The position numbers and the translations under genes were made by a program. Shown here one piece after another: positions 11,935 to 22,420 of a DNA stretch of 64,000 bases (its first letter is position 1; each line of letters opens with the position of its first letter). Below the pieces are notes generated by a model. That model was not told where the DNA came from, made no database searches, and worked only from the letters and a program-made list of their open reading frames with translations. Origin of the DNA: an uncultured bacterium (GTDB lineage Bacteria; Babelota; Babeliae; Babelales; Vermiphilaceae). The DNA lies in assembly GCA_963727255.1 (NCBI GenBank), contig CAVSFC010000002.1, positions 96,001 to 160,000 on the forward strand, written 5' to 3'.

Positions 11935-12495
11935 TTACGCGTTGGCCTTCACTGTCTGTTTTCTATTATTGTGGCCCTTTTTTAACCCATAGATGACTAA
12001 GGGAACTGTTATGATCGCGGCAACTGCCAATCCGGTGATTATTGGATGTTTTTTAATGGTTTCTTTTATCTGAGAAACAGAGAAGAAATCTTTAAAGGAA
12101 GACGAAGCCTGAACCACTGGAATATCTGGAGTAGTGATAGTTTCAGTAATGGGAGCCACTAGCTCTTTTACAGGAGTTGTCTCGATCGCTTTTCCGGTTA
12201 CTATATCATGAGGCTGGAATACACTCTCTTTAAACTTATTAATCTCAGCTTTAACAGCTTTTGACAATTCTTTAACTTTAGGCGCACTTTCAGTATACAG
12301 TTCTTGCGCTTTGGCGCTTGCGATTGCAAAACCATTTTTCAGGTTTTTTTCAATTTTTGCATTAAATTCGGCGGCAGCCTCTTGCAAGCCTGCCGGGAAC
12401 TCAGCCATTGGATCTTCCATAGCAACCATTGGGATGCTTGAAACAAGCAAAAGAGCTGAAAGCGTTACCAGGGGAATTGATCGCATATTCTTCAT
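11935..12495 (-). CDS. Exported protein with C-terminal HP-TM anchor (tandem family member 4)
   Basis: MKNMRSIPLVTLSALLLVSSIPMVA|MED; KKHPIITGLAVAAIITVPLVIYGLKK. Confidence 0.8.
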   Translation of the reverse strand: MKNMRSIPLVTLSALLLVSSIPMVAMEDPMAEFPAGLQEAAAEFNAKIEKNLKNGFAIASAKAQELYTESAPKVKELSKAVKAEINKFKESVFQPHDIVTGKAIETTPVKELVAPITETITTPDIPVVQASSSFKDFFSVSQIKETIKKHPIITGLAVAAIITVPLVIYGLKKGHNNRKQTVKANA

Positions 12496-12570
12496 GCGTT
12501 TTACCTTTGAGATAGGAAGGTTAGTAAGTATTTTCTTGCTGCATATCATTAAAACTTCCTTAAAAGGACA

Positions 12571-12600
12571 CAGGCAGATGCATCTTCACACATCTGCCTG
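12571..12600 (-). terminator. Hairpin/terminator between tandem family members
   Basis: CAGGCAGATG-N10-CATCTGCCTG. Confidence 0.6.
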
Positions 12601-12631
12601 AAAGTAATTATACTAGATTAAATCGAATTAA

Positions 12632-13812
12632 TTAAGCTTGTTTAGATTTAGGAGTTGCTACTTCGTAAGCTGGTTGAGCATTTTTCAATGCTTCAAGCAG
12701 ATTAGGTTCACGAATATCAACTGCTTTCAAAGCTGTTTCTAACTTAGCTTGACGAGCTTGAAATTGCTTTCTTGCTAAAGTTGCTTTTTTGATCGTATCA
12801 CGATTTAAATAGATCGCACCAGTGGCTACTGAAGCTGCCGAAGGAATTCCAAATGCATATGGGTGATTTGCTACAAAGCTTTTTGCAGCATTAAATTTGC
12901 CAGTATAATCGATGTTCGCAATAGCTTTACCAAGATCAGTGGCTGCATTTGAGCCAGCAGTGATCACATTGTCTAAGCTACCGTTATCATAAGCAATGGC
13001 AGTCGCAATAGCTGCAGCGGGAAGCACTACAAAAGCTGCCGTTTTCACGGTTGCTTTGCTCGGAACTAATGCTGAAGCTACCTTTTTAAGAGCTGTTTTG
13101 CTTGGAATTAATTCAGCGAGTTTAGCTTTCAAAGACTTCGATTTTGGTAATGAATCAAATAAACCAAGCTCTTTTAGCTTAGACATTGAACTAACAACAT
13201 CGGTTACAAGCTTTTTATCCATTTCTGAAGGCTTAGCAGTATTCATATCCCATGCTTGAATAGCTATTAAGAATGCTTCTAATGCATTTTTAAGAGCTGC
13301 TTCTTCAGCAGGAAGTTGGTAAATTATGCGAGACAATTTATCGCCAAGTTTATATTGACCGGCAACTTTAGCGCTATTTTTTTTAGTAGCTGATTGAATA
13401 ATAGTAGCATCATTAAGAGCTTCTTGCGCAATCAAGGTCTTTAAATCAACTTGCTTGCCTTGGAATGCCTTATAAATGCCATAACCAACAACTGGAGTTG
13501 CTACTAAAGCAGCTGCAGTAGCTGCTGCAAAATATGGGTGAGCCTTTGCAGCTTCATAAAGAGCGGCCGCTTGATTGCTTACCATATCTTTAGCTTCTGC
13601 AAAGCTTGGGCGAGCAGCCCATTTTGAAGTAGCTTTTACTGCTACAGTATTATACAAACCTTTGGCTGATGCAACCCATCCAGTTTTCATGGTGCAACCA
13701 CATCAAATGATGGTTCATCGCTTCCTGCAAATTCAAATGATTTTGCAACGGGAGCTGAAAGAAGCAACATTACTGATAATGCTGCGATTGATTTAGATCG
13801 TATATTCTTCAT
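12632..13812 (-). CDS. Exported Ala/Lys-rich protein with HP-TM anchors (tandem family member 3; one frameshift near 13690)
   Basis: GGAGG RBS; MKNIRSKSIAALSVMLLLS leader at 13812 matches the 14889 gene and joins ORF 12632..13690. Confidence 0.8.
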
Positions 13813-14310
13813 ACGATTTCCTCCATAAATAACAATTTTCAATAATTAAATTTGTTTAGTTTCGTTTTTTTGTTTTTCTTTTAATTGAGCAATGACTTCA
13901 GGCTTAAATTGATTTGCCTTCGAATCAACGATACTCTTGGTTGCTGGTTTAACTACTGCTTTTTTAGCAATGCGGCCTTTTAAATAAAGACCAGCACCAA
14001 CTGCCGCAGCCGTACCAACTAAACCACCACCAACTGTTTTTGGATTATTTGCAACAAAACCTTTTGCAGCATTAAATTTGCCAGTATAATCGATGTTCGC
14101 AATAGCTTTGCCAAGATCAGTTGCTGCTTTTGAGCCAGCAGTGATCACATTGTCTAAGCTACCGTTATCATAAGCAATGGCAGTCGCAATAGCTGCAGCG
14201 GGAAGCACAACAAAAGCTGCCGTTTTCACGGTTGCTTTGCTCGGAACTATTGCTGAAGCTGCTTTTTTAAGAGCTGCTTTGCTTGGTATTAAATCAGCAA
14301 GTTTAGCTTT
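12881..14310. repeat. Near-identical ~250-bp direct repeat (12881-13129 and 14062-14310) shared by two paralogs
   Basis: Long identical runs such as GTGATCACATTGTCTAAGCTACCGTTATCATAAGCAATGGCAGTCGCAATAGCTGCAGCGGGAAGCAC in both copies. Confidence 0.95.
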
Positions 14311-14889
14311 TAATGATTTAGGTTGCGATTTAAATAAACCAACTTGTTTTAATGCTGTTAACGCAGTAATAACGTCTTGTTTAAGATTTTGACAATTTTC
14401 AGATTTTGCATCCCATGGGAGCATATCAAATGCGATCAAGGCATTCGCATAAATTTTCACCGCATCAGAAAGAGCTTTCTCTGAAACGGGAAGCTTGCCC
14501 GATAATTCAAGCAATTTTGATCCTAATAATGCTGTCGCAGGAACTTTCTTTGCACCGTTGAGAATCGCTCTGAAAGATATACCATCTTTTAAAGCTTGTT
14601 CTGCTATTTGAGCCTTTAAATCGACTTGTTTAGCTTGAAAAGCCTTATAAATACCATACCCAACAACCGGAGCTGCAAGAGTTGCTGCTGTGACATACGG
14701 GTGTGCTTTTGCAGCTTCATAGAGCGCATTCGCAGGGTTTACTACCACTGTTTGCGCTAATTTTGAACAATTTGAACGAATTGATGACATCCAACCAGCT
14801 TTTTCATTTTCCATTGTTTGAACTACTGGGGTTGAAAGAAGCAACATTACTGATAATGCTGCGATTGATTTTGATCGTATATTCTTCAT
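13846..14889 (-). CDS. Exported Ala/Lys-rich protein with HP-TM anchors (tandem family member 2)
   Basis: GGAGG RBS; signal ending VQT|MEN; AKAHPYVTAATLAAPVVGYGIYK; VANNPKTVGGGLVGTAAAVGAGLYLK. Confidence 0.85.
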   Translation of the reverse strand: MKNIRSKSIAALSVMLLLSTPVVQTMENEKAGWMSSIRSNCSKLAQTVVVNPANALYEAAKAHPYVTAATLAAPVVGYGIYKAFQAKQVDLKAQIAEQALKDGISFRAILNGAKKVPATALLGSKLLELSGKLPVSEKALSDAVKIYANALIAFDMLPWDAKSENCQNLKQDVITALTALKQVGLFKSQPKSLKAKLADLIPSKAALKKAASAIVPSKATVKTAAFVVLPAAAIATAIAYDNGSLDNVITAGSKAATDLGKAIANIDYTGKFNAAKGFVANNPKTVGGGLVGTAAAVGAGLYLKGRIAKKAVVKPATKSIVDSKANQFKPEVIAQLKEKQKNETKQI

Positions 14890-14937
14890 ACGATTCCTCC
14901 ATAATTAATTTAAAAAATAACCAACATTCTATTACTT

Positions 14938-14965
14938 ACTCTAGATTAAATTAAAAAACTGTCAA
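14938..14965 (-). promoter_or_regulatory. Sigma70-type promoter
   Basis: TTGACA-N16-TAGAGT upstream of the ATG at 14889. Confidence 0.45.
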
Positions 14966-15071
14966 TCTATAGTTATATAAGCTTCAAAATTCAATTCAAA
15001 TAGAAACTTTAAAGTAATGGGCCAGCTTCTACACTGACCCATTACATGTTTTCTAATAGAATTAGACCTGT

Positions 15072-15383
15072 TTACCCAGCCTTTTTAGCTTTTGAAAATT
15101 TCTGAGCAAGCAGATAACCTGCTCCTAAGAGACCAACAACTGCTGCTGAACCGAAGATGACCGGATGCTTAGCAACATACGCAACTGCACCGTTGGCAAA
15201 GCCTTTATCGCCAAATCCAAGCTTTTGTCCTGCATTCTTAAAGCCGTTAGCCATAGAAGTAGCCATGGTACCCATAGCTTTATAGGCAGAAGTAGCTTTG
15301 ATATCAAAAGCGGAAGCGTTTGCCATATGGAGTAACAGCGCGAGGGATAAAACTGGTAAAGATGAAGATTTAATTAATTTCAT
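15072..15383 (-). CDS. Small exported protein with HP-TM anchor (tandem family member 1)
   Basis: GGAGG RBS; MKLIKSSSLPVLSLALLLHMANASA; VAKHPVIFGSAAVVGLLGAGYLLAQK. Confidence 0.8.
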   Translation of the reverse strand: MKLIKSSSLPVLSLALLLHMANASAFDIKATSAYKAMGTMATSMANGFKNAGQKLGFGDKGFANGAVAYVAKHPVIFGSAAVVGLLGAGYLLAQKFSKAKKAG

Positions 15384-15428
15384 GAGATTCCTCCAAATGA
15401 AATCTAAAATAATAACATCCATACCTAT

Positions 15429-15456
15429 AAGGTAAACTAAATAAAAATGGTGTCAA
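15429..15456 (-). promoter_or_regulatory. Sigma70-type promoter
   Basis: TTGACA-N16-TACCTT upstream of the ATG at 15383. Confidence 0.4.
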
Positions 15457-15546
15457 ACCTGATCAGATCGAATCAATATATTAATTTTCAGATTGAATTT
15501 TAAGCCGATAGTTGATTCTGGTTTTTACTGGTATACTCTCTGAATC

Positions 15547-16598
15547 ATGAAAGTTATCAAACTTACCCCTCCATCGCTTGCTGAATGGAACATAGAGCAT
15601 CGAATAACCTGCATTCGTGCCCACCGAGAACGGCTTTTTAATGTTTCTACTCAGCAGTCCGATGGGAAGCTAATCATCCACAACTATGGCCAGGGAGGGG
15701 CAGGCTGGACCTTCCTTTTTGGGTGCGTTAACCAGGCAATCAGGCTCTTTGAACAGAATTCCCCTTCAAAAAAGACCCCTATTGCCGTTATTGGGGCCGG
15801 ATGCTATGGGCTCTTGACGGCCATTATTCTGGCAAGAAAGGGCTATAACACTCGCATTATCGCCAAAGAGACCGATGGTCTGCCCTCGGCCCAGGCAGCA
15901 GGCTTCTTCTTTCCCCGCCCTCGAAAATCATCGACCCCTGCTGAAAGGGCCCTATTTGAGAGCAATGGGATAGAATCCTATCGCACCTATCTGCAGATTC
16001 TGAGCGGCGAGCATCCTTTTATTCAGGGGGGGCCCAGCTTTTGCCCGCTTATTATGGTTTAGACATTGATCCGGGCTTTGGGCCGTATCTGGGCAATAAA
16101 CTTATTGAGGCTCCTGACCCCGTTATCATCGATTTTGGCAATGGCAAAAGGTATGATGCCATACGCCATCAGCAGGTGTTTATCCACACTTCAACTCTGA
16201 TGCAAGAATTGAACCGTAATGCTATCGATTTGGACATACCGATCATAAAAGAAGAAATCGCCCAATTTAATGATATCCCTGAACCGATCATATTCCATTG
16301 TGCAGGTTTGGGAGCTCGGATGCTAACTTGCGATTCCCGGCTTGTTCCGGTCCAAGGCCATTTGATAACCCTCAAGAATCAGCCGCATCTTGATCAGTTG
16401 CAGTATATGATCAATGTTAAAGTGGTTCAGAAAACTCCGTTAGGAAGACTGCGGGATGAATTAATTTATTATGCACCTAAGAATGAGGGCATTTTAGGCA
16501 TCACTTTTATAAGGGGTCAAGATAATCCCAACGCAAATCAGCATGAATTTGATCGGCTTTTAGAACGCAGCAGAGATTTTTTTGGAACAGATATTTGA
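15547..16598 (+). CDS. FAD-dependent D-amino acid oxidase family protein, circularly permuted (one frameshift near 16030-16045)
   Basis: IIHNYGQGGAGWT precedes IAVIGAGCYGL; SAQAAGFFFP; IFHCAGLGAR; PVQGHLI. Confidence 0.8.
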
Positions 16599-16643
16599 AC
16601 TGCAACACGAATCATTAATTAGCGATAGGCGCCCAGACAAATC

Positions 16644-17003
16644 TTAGTAAGGCAAAGTAACCCAAATCAACAATGCACAAATAATCAAAAGTGGAAGTAC
16701 AATAATTATAAAACCTAATTTCGTACTCTTATAACTCTCGGCTATCATTAATTTATTTCGTGTTTTTCTATAATCAATCGATGATAAAAGAATGAGTAAA
16801 CATCCCCAGAGAATAAGCGTTTCTCCAATAATATGCGCAATTATTCTATGATAATCGCTTTTAAATGTGATCAAACGTAAAATCGCTAATCCGCCGGCCA
16901 TTGCCGCAAGCGCTGTCCGTATCCATGCAGAATAGGTGCGTTCTGCAGCCAGCAATGTTCGTTCTTCTGCAAGCATTGTATTATTTATTTCTTGATTCTT
17001 CAT
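16644..17003 (-). CDS. DUF202/YidH-like inner membrane protein
   Basis: LAEERTLLAAERTYSAWIRTALA motif; three TM segments. Confidence 0.85.
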   Translation of the reverse strand: MKNQEINNTMLAEERTLLAAERTYSAWIRTALAAMAGGLAILRLITFKSDYHRIIAHIIGETLILWGCLLILLSSIDYRKTRNKLMIAESYKSTKLGFIIIVLPLLIICALLIWVTLPY

Positions 17004-17066
17004 TTTTCACTCACTTCATTATTACAGTATAATAAATCGTATTATATTCTAATTAGGATACCAGTA

Positions 17067-17971
17067 ATGAAAAAAAAGATAGTGTATGCCCGTTTGCTAT
17101 TTTTTATTCTGCTACTGCATACCAATCTTTATCCCATCTCAATGGTTTACAACTTTCGAATTGCACAAATTACCAAACAGCCCATACACGAAGAAGATGG
17201 CACTGTAAAAAACCATACGTTAATTGCGCTCGCTTTTGAACAAGCGCGCGAAAAACGCAATCACATCTTTCAAAATTATGCAGGCGGATTGGGCTCATAC
17301 ATTTATGATTTTAAACCGTATTATTTTCGTATCGATGGTGCATTTTCAAATATTAAAGAAGTAAAGAATGGGCTCACTACATTTTCCGGAACCGAGACTG
17401 ATGATGTTCTATTTACTGCAGGTAGAAACTTTATCATTAATAAGAAAACTCGATGGACCTTCTCAGGATTATTCGGTATTCCTACACATCGTATTTATAC
17501 TTTGCAGCATAGCGACTTTGGCTTTAGCCAAATAGGGCTGGGGATCCAATTCGATGGCGGCACTGAATTGAATAGGCAGGCCGGCCTGCTTCTATGGCGC
17601 CCGATATATTCATTTTGTACCTCGCAAAGCGCTTGATAGTTTAAATGTGCCACACACCTTTACCATTGGCAACATTGCTGATTTATTGATTGCATATAAA
17701 AACAATTGGGACAAAAAACATGGTATTGAATCGGGCTATACCTTGCCGCTTTCGTTTTGGTGCTCACATCAGCCCGAATCTTGATGATATTGTAAAGAAA
17801 ACCAATTATATTCGAAGCAATTTTTATATCGTTTATAAATATCGTTTCATCTGGAACGATACTTATAATCGAATACTCTATTATCTTTCATACGGCTTTG
17901 ATCACAAACCAAGACTTTATGGCAATAAATATATCGTTACGCTTTGGGTCTCTTGGAATATCAGCTTTTAG
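17067..17971 (+). CDS. Probable outer-membrane beta-barrel protein (frameshifted)
   Basis: Signal peptide; aromatic-rich amphipathic strands; ends WVSWNISF (terminal Phe); split over ORFs 16992..17636 and 17690..17971. Confidence 0.6.
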
Positions 17972-18022
17972 GTTTGCTATCGCAAAAGTTATTTCTTTTT
18001 TTGCTCAATGTAGTTTAAAGCT

Positions 18023-18568
18023 TCATCGCGGGGTAATCTCGCGCGAAACTATTGCAACCTGTTCCATAAAAGCTTCATCGTTTTTTGAAATACCATACCA
18101 CGTCGCAGCCCCGAGACCAATTGCCGCCGCCGCATAGGTTTTCGCCCCAATTGTTTCTGAAGGAAAGTATCCTTGTTCTGCAGCAAGCGCTGCAAAAAAT
18201 GCAGCTCCTGCCCCTATTCCGGTTGCAAGAGAGAAATAATAATAGCGAGTGCCACGTTGCTTAACTTTCTTAAGCATTTGATATTTTATTTCATCTTTCG
18301 CGGTTGAAATCTCATTGTTACTAGGCTTAAATGTTTTTGAAGTATTTATAAGCAATGCTTTTGAAGATTCAGCCGCGAAATAGATCTTTTCATTTGAGTT
18401 ATTATTATTTTCATCTTCTAGTCTCTCTTTTAATTGCGTAGAGTTGTTTGTAAAATCTTGTGCAGCTTCATTTAATCGCTGAAGTGGAGATTTTTTTTCA
18501 GAAGGCTTTTCCATGGCAATTAATTGAAACGATACAAAAATACTGAGAATTAGAGCATGCTTAAACAT
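18023..18568 (-). CDS. Exported protein with C-terminal bilobed hydrophobic hairpin (Inc-like)
   Basis: MFKHALILSIFVSFQLIA|MEK; FSLATGIGAGAAFFAALAA-EQGYFPSETIG-AKTYAAAAIGLGAATWYG. Confidence 0.75.
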   Translation of the reverse strand: MFKHALILSIFVSFQLIAMEKPSEKKSPLQRLNEAAQDFTNNSTQLKERLEDENNNNSNEKIYFAAESSKALLINTSKTFKPSNNEISTAKDEIKYQMLKKVKQRGTRYYYFSLATGIGAGAAFFAALAAEQGYFPSETIGAKTYAAAAIGLGAATWYGISKNDEAFMEQVAIVSREITPR

Positions 18569-18655
18569 AGTTGATCCTGCGTAAATAAAGAGTTTTTTTA
18601 TAATAAATAGCATTTTAGAATAAAAGAAACAAGCGATAAATCAATCATTCGCCGA

Positions 18656-19378
18656 TTATTGTGCTTGTTGTTTTGCCCTATTCTCCAAGAACTGAATTGC
18701 TGTTTCATCGGTAATCTTTTCGTCCATGCCATCAATCTTATTGGCAATATTTTTTACTTGACGATGATGCCGCAATGCGTTAAGAAACAAGCCACCCGCT
18801 AGGAGTGAATAGCCTCGGACCCCAATAGTTGAAGTAGAAATGTAACTCAATTTTGCAGCAAGTGCGGCAACCGCCGAGATGCATGCCCCAAAAAAACTCC
18901 AGCGTGCGAAGTTTGATTGTGATTTCATTTCTTTAACGAGCGGCTCAGCTTGCTTTTTAGCGCAAAATACTTTTGCTAATGAAACGTCTGCAGGAAAATA
19001 AATTCTTGCCAGATCATTGCGTTTAGCCTGCTTCAATAAAAATAGAATATCTTCACCTTCATCCCTGAATAGCTTTATTTTCCTCTCATTTTTTAAAGTA
19101 CTAGCCACTTCTTGCGCAGCTAAAACATATTTTTCTTGTTGTTCGAGGAGGAGAATAAGAGTCGGCGAAGATTGATTTAACGGGTTTTTATTAGCATCTT
19201 CAACTTCCCTAGATAACCTGCCTATTGCATTCTCCACGCGCCCAAAATAGTTAGCGGGAGTTTCATCTGGATGTTGCTTATAACATTGAGTTATTTCTTG
19301 ATTTTTACCTGCAATCTCCTCCATTGCAGAAAGTGAAAAAGAAATTACGGTAATAAGAAGTAGAAATCGCTTAAGCAT
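18656..19378 (-). CDS. Exported protein with C-terminal bilobed hydrophobic hairpin (Inc-like), probable paralog of neighbour
   Basis: MLKRFLLLITVISFSLSA|MEE; WSFFGACISAVAALAA-KLSYISTSTIG-VRGYSLLAGGLFLNAL. Confidence 0.75.
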   Translation of the reverse strand: MLKRFLLLITVISFSLSAMEEIAGKNQEITQCYKQHPDETPANYFGRVENAIGRLSREVEDANKNPLNQSSPTLILLLEQQEKYVLAAQEVASTLKNERKIKLFRDEGEDILFLLKQAKRNDLARIYFPADVSLAKVFCAKKQAEPLVKEMKSQSNFARWSFFGACISAVAALAAKLSYISTSTIGVRGYSLLAGGLFLNALRHHRQVKNIANKIDGMDEKITDETAIQFLENRAKQQAQ

Positions 19379-19503
19379 GCTAGCCTTTCATAAACGTAAA
19401 ACGTATATATAGCTAAAAAAGTAAGCGAAAATGAGCAATAAATCAAACTTTCCTAAAGAATTTATTTGGATTTCTCAGCATGCACCACAAATCATGGGGA
19501 AAA

Positions 19504-20110
19504 TTAAAAACGATACCCCAGACCGACACCAAAAATAGCACCGCCAATGCTGGATCTTAGGGGCACTAAAGCCCTGCGGAGCTTGGGTAACGTGTGATGA
19601 AACTTCTGCAAAAGAATAATCGATAAACAGATCAAGTACAAAATTGCAGGAAAGATCGATATACGCTCCTACTTTAGCAATGCCTCCCAACGCCCATTTA
19701 TTTTGTTGTGGCACAAATGCTGATAGTGCTCTTGTGCGCACATGCACAGGCTGAAAGCCAAGGCCTATATAAAAATCAACGCATTCGTAACCCAAGGGCA
19801 TAAAATATTTCAAACCAAGGCCAACAGGCAGTAAACTTACTTTGGTAGGAGTACTGAGGCCAATCGAATGCCCCTTTTTATGAAAAAAATCTACACTAGC
19901 AAAGCCGTACAAACATGAATTATCACAAAGTTGGAATGTGAGCTCTGGCCCATACAATGCTCAGCCGTGCCCATAAATTTTTTTAAATCGAGAACCGGTT
20001 GCACGAAAATAGGCTCCCTTAAATTCAAGTATAATATCTCTGCTCACGAGCGGTATATTTATCAAAGCGAGCACAACCAAAAAATAACCCGATAATTTCG
20101 ATGCAAACAT
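19504..20110 (-). CDS. Small outer-membrane beta-barrel protein (two apparent frameshifts)
   Basis: ATG at 20110 with signal peptide; core ORF 19475..19957; alternative-frame end IGGAIFGVGLGYRF* (stop at 19504). Confidence 0.7.
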
Positions 20111-20133
20111 AAATTTTCTCTTTTATTATTCAA

Positions 20134-21544
20134 CTAACATGGTTGCGATACAGTTACAACCACAGGATTTGAGGTTGTTCCAGCGGCATTCGTGCCAATA
20201 ATATAATAGGTATAGGTAACTCCTGGCGTTCTATTATGATCTAAAAATTGTAATAGCGGTGCCGCAGGAATAATTGCCACTAAATCAGTTAATCCCGCAT
20301 CACGATAAATACTATAACTTACCGGCAATGATGTGCCCGTTACACTCCACGTAAGCATATCAATAAAATCTTCTTGCAAGAGAAATATATCTTGTGTCAT
20401 ACATCCGGTTGCAGTGATTTGGAATGATGGCAATGCAATAACATTCACCGTATTAGAAATATAATTCGAAACATAGGCAAATTCCCCATTAGGCGATATT
20501 GCAATATTTGCAGGAGATTGGTCAACTGCAATTATGGGAGGAATTACCGTGTTTGTAGCAATATCAATAATGTTAACGGTTCCTTGGCCAGGTGTTAAAT
20601 TTTGAAAACCTGTTGGAGATTCATACAGCGTATTATAATTTGATGCATAGGCATATCGCCCATCAGGAGTGATTGCAAGACCTGATGGCTGTATTCCTAC
20701 AGCTAATAGTTTTAACAATGGTATTACTGCTTAAATCAACAACACTCACCGTTGTGCCATATGGTTCAAAATTATTACTGCCAAAATTTGTTACATAGGC
20801 AAAACTACCATCAGGCGTGATTGCAATTGAAAATGGGCCGGAAAATCCGGGAATGGTGCCAACAACCGTATTATCACTTGTTCGAATGATACTGATAGTG
20901 CCAGTACCTGGATTACCATCAATATAATTAATAACATAAACATATGCTCCATTTGGCGTTACTCCTAATCCCGCAGGAGCAGTGCCAACGGTAATTGGCG
21001 ATCCAACAATAGAATTAGTTTGCAAATCAACCACGCGTACTGTTTTTCCATTACCACTCATAACCCCTTCAGGACCACCGTAATTATTAACATACGCAGT
21101 TGTTTGATTGGGAGTTATTGCAAAACCAGATGGCCCATCAAATCCACCAATAGTTCCAATTACTGTGTTAGACGGAATATCGATTATGCTTACCGTGGAG
21201 CCATTACTATTGGTTATATATGCTTTAGTACCTGATGCATTAATGGTAACGGTGTAAGGCTCACTAAAACTCGGATCATAAATGATTGTTAGCGGAAGAT
21301 TAGTATTCGCATTAATAACGCTTACCGAATCTACACCGGTAATCCCATAGCTAGTGACGCCCGAAATTCCATAATTATTATTATTCGCGACATAAACAAA
21401 ATTACTATCAGGAGTCACGGCGAGCCCGGCTGGAGTAACTCCTACCGGAATAGTTGCTACCACGGTATTAGGAGCAATAGCATTTAAAAATGATGTTGTC
21501 ATTGCCAATAAAAAGATTAACAAACAATTTAAAAATGATTTCAT
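20134..21544 (-). CDS. YncE/YVTN-type beta-propeller protein with C-terminal FN3-like domain (frameshift near 20700)
   Basis: Repeated P.G.AITPDG..AYV.N...TVSVID blades; C-terminal LTWS...SYSIYR...YTYYIIGTNAAG.S. Confidence 0.85.
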
Positions 21545-21647
21545 TATCATTCTCCAAAATTCATAAATACAGTACACTTGCAAATGATAAAACTGCTAAC
21601 AAGAAAAATACAAGAAATTAGGGGTTGTAAAACTAAGAGGTATATGT

Positions 21648-22340
21648 ATGGCAAGACCATTCGGTGTTCTGAGCATTTTTACCATGTTATCTTTTTTACC
21701 CGGTTGCGGCCCAAAATCTGAGCAAATTCCAGAAATCATTGAATCAGGCAAAATTGATGAACGTAAATCAGCTCCCATGAAATTGCATATTATTGTTGGC
21801 ACCGTTAGGCAAACCCAAACAGGACATAAAATAGCAAATAATATTAAACGGATAATTGATAAGCGGCCTGAAATAAGCGCCGAAATTGTTGATATTGCAA
21901 GCTATAATTTGCCTTTCTATGCTGATCCCGTTGCTCCTGCCAAGCGCACAACTCCAATAACTGATCCAATTCTGGCAAAATGGTCTGAAAAAATTAAGCA
22001 AGCTCAGGGCTTTATAATTATCAGCCCAGTCTATAATGACGGCTATCCCGGCGCATTAAAAAATTCTTTAGATAGCCTTTATGAAGAATGGAACAATAAA
22101 CCGGTGGCATTTGTTGGTTATTCAGGTGGCCCCTCTGGCGGCGCATCAATGATCGCTCAACTGCGCCAAGTTGCGCGTGGCTTAAAGATGACGCCAGTTG
22201 CCGCTGAAATTAAGATCCCTCAATCATGGAAGGCGCTGGATGAGCAAGGGAACCTAATGAATGCCGATGCTATTGAAAAAGAAGTAAATATCATTATTGA
22301 CCAAATTCTTGAAGCGCAGAAATCGGTACAAGCAAAATAA
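21648..22340 (+). CDS. NAD(P)H-dependent FMN reductase (flavodoxin-like), possible N-terminal lipoprotein signal
   Basis: IIVGTVR; ISPVYNDGYPGALKNSLD; WNNKPVAFVGYSGG; LPGC lipobox-like. Confidence 0.9.
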   Translation: MARPFGVLSIFTMLSFLPGCGPKSEQIPEIIESGKIDERKSAPMKLHIIVGTVRQTQTGHKIANNIKRIIDKRPEISAEIVDIASYNLPFYADPVAPAKRTTPITDPILAKWSEKIKQAQGFIIISPVYNDGYPGALKNSLDSLYEEWNNKPVAFVGYSGGPSGGASMIAQLRQVARGLKMTPVAAEIKIPQSWKALDEQGNLMNADAIEKEVNIIIDQILEAQKSVQAK

Positions 22341-22420
22341 TAAGCGTGCACAATTTATGTTTACTGATAGTTTTGGAAAATTAAGTGAAATATTTAAGTT
22401 TTCAAAAAAGGAGTTTTTTT

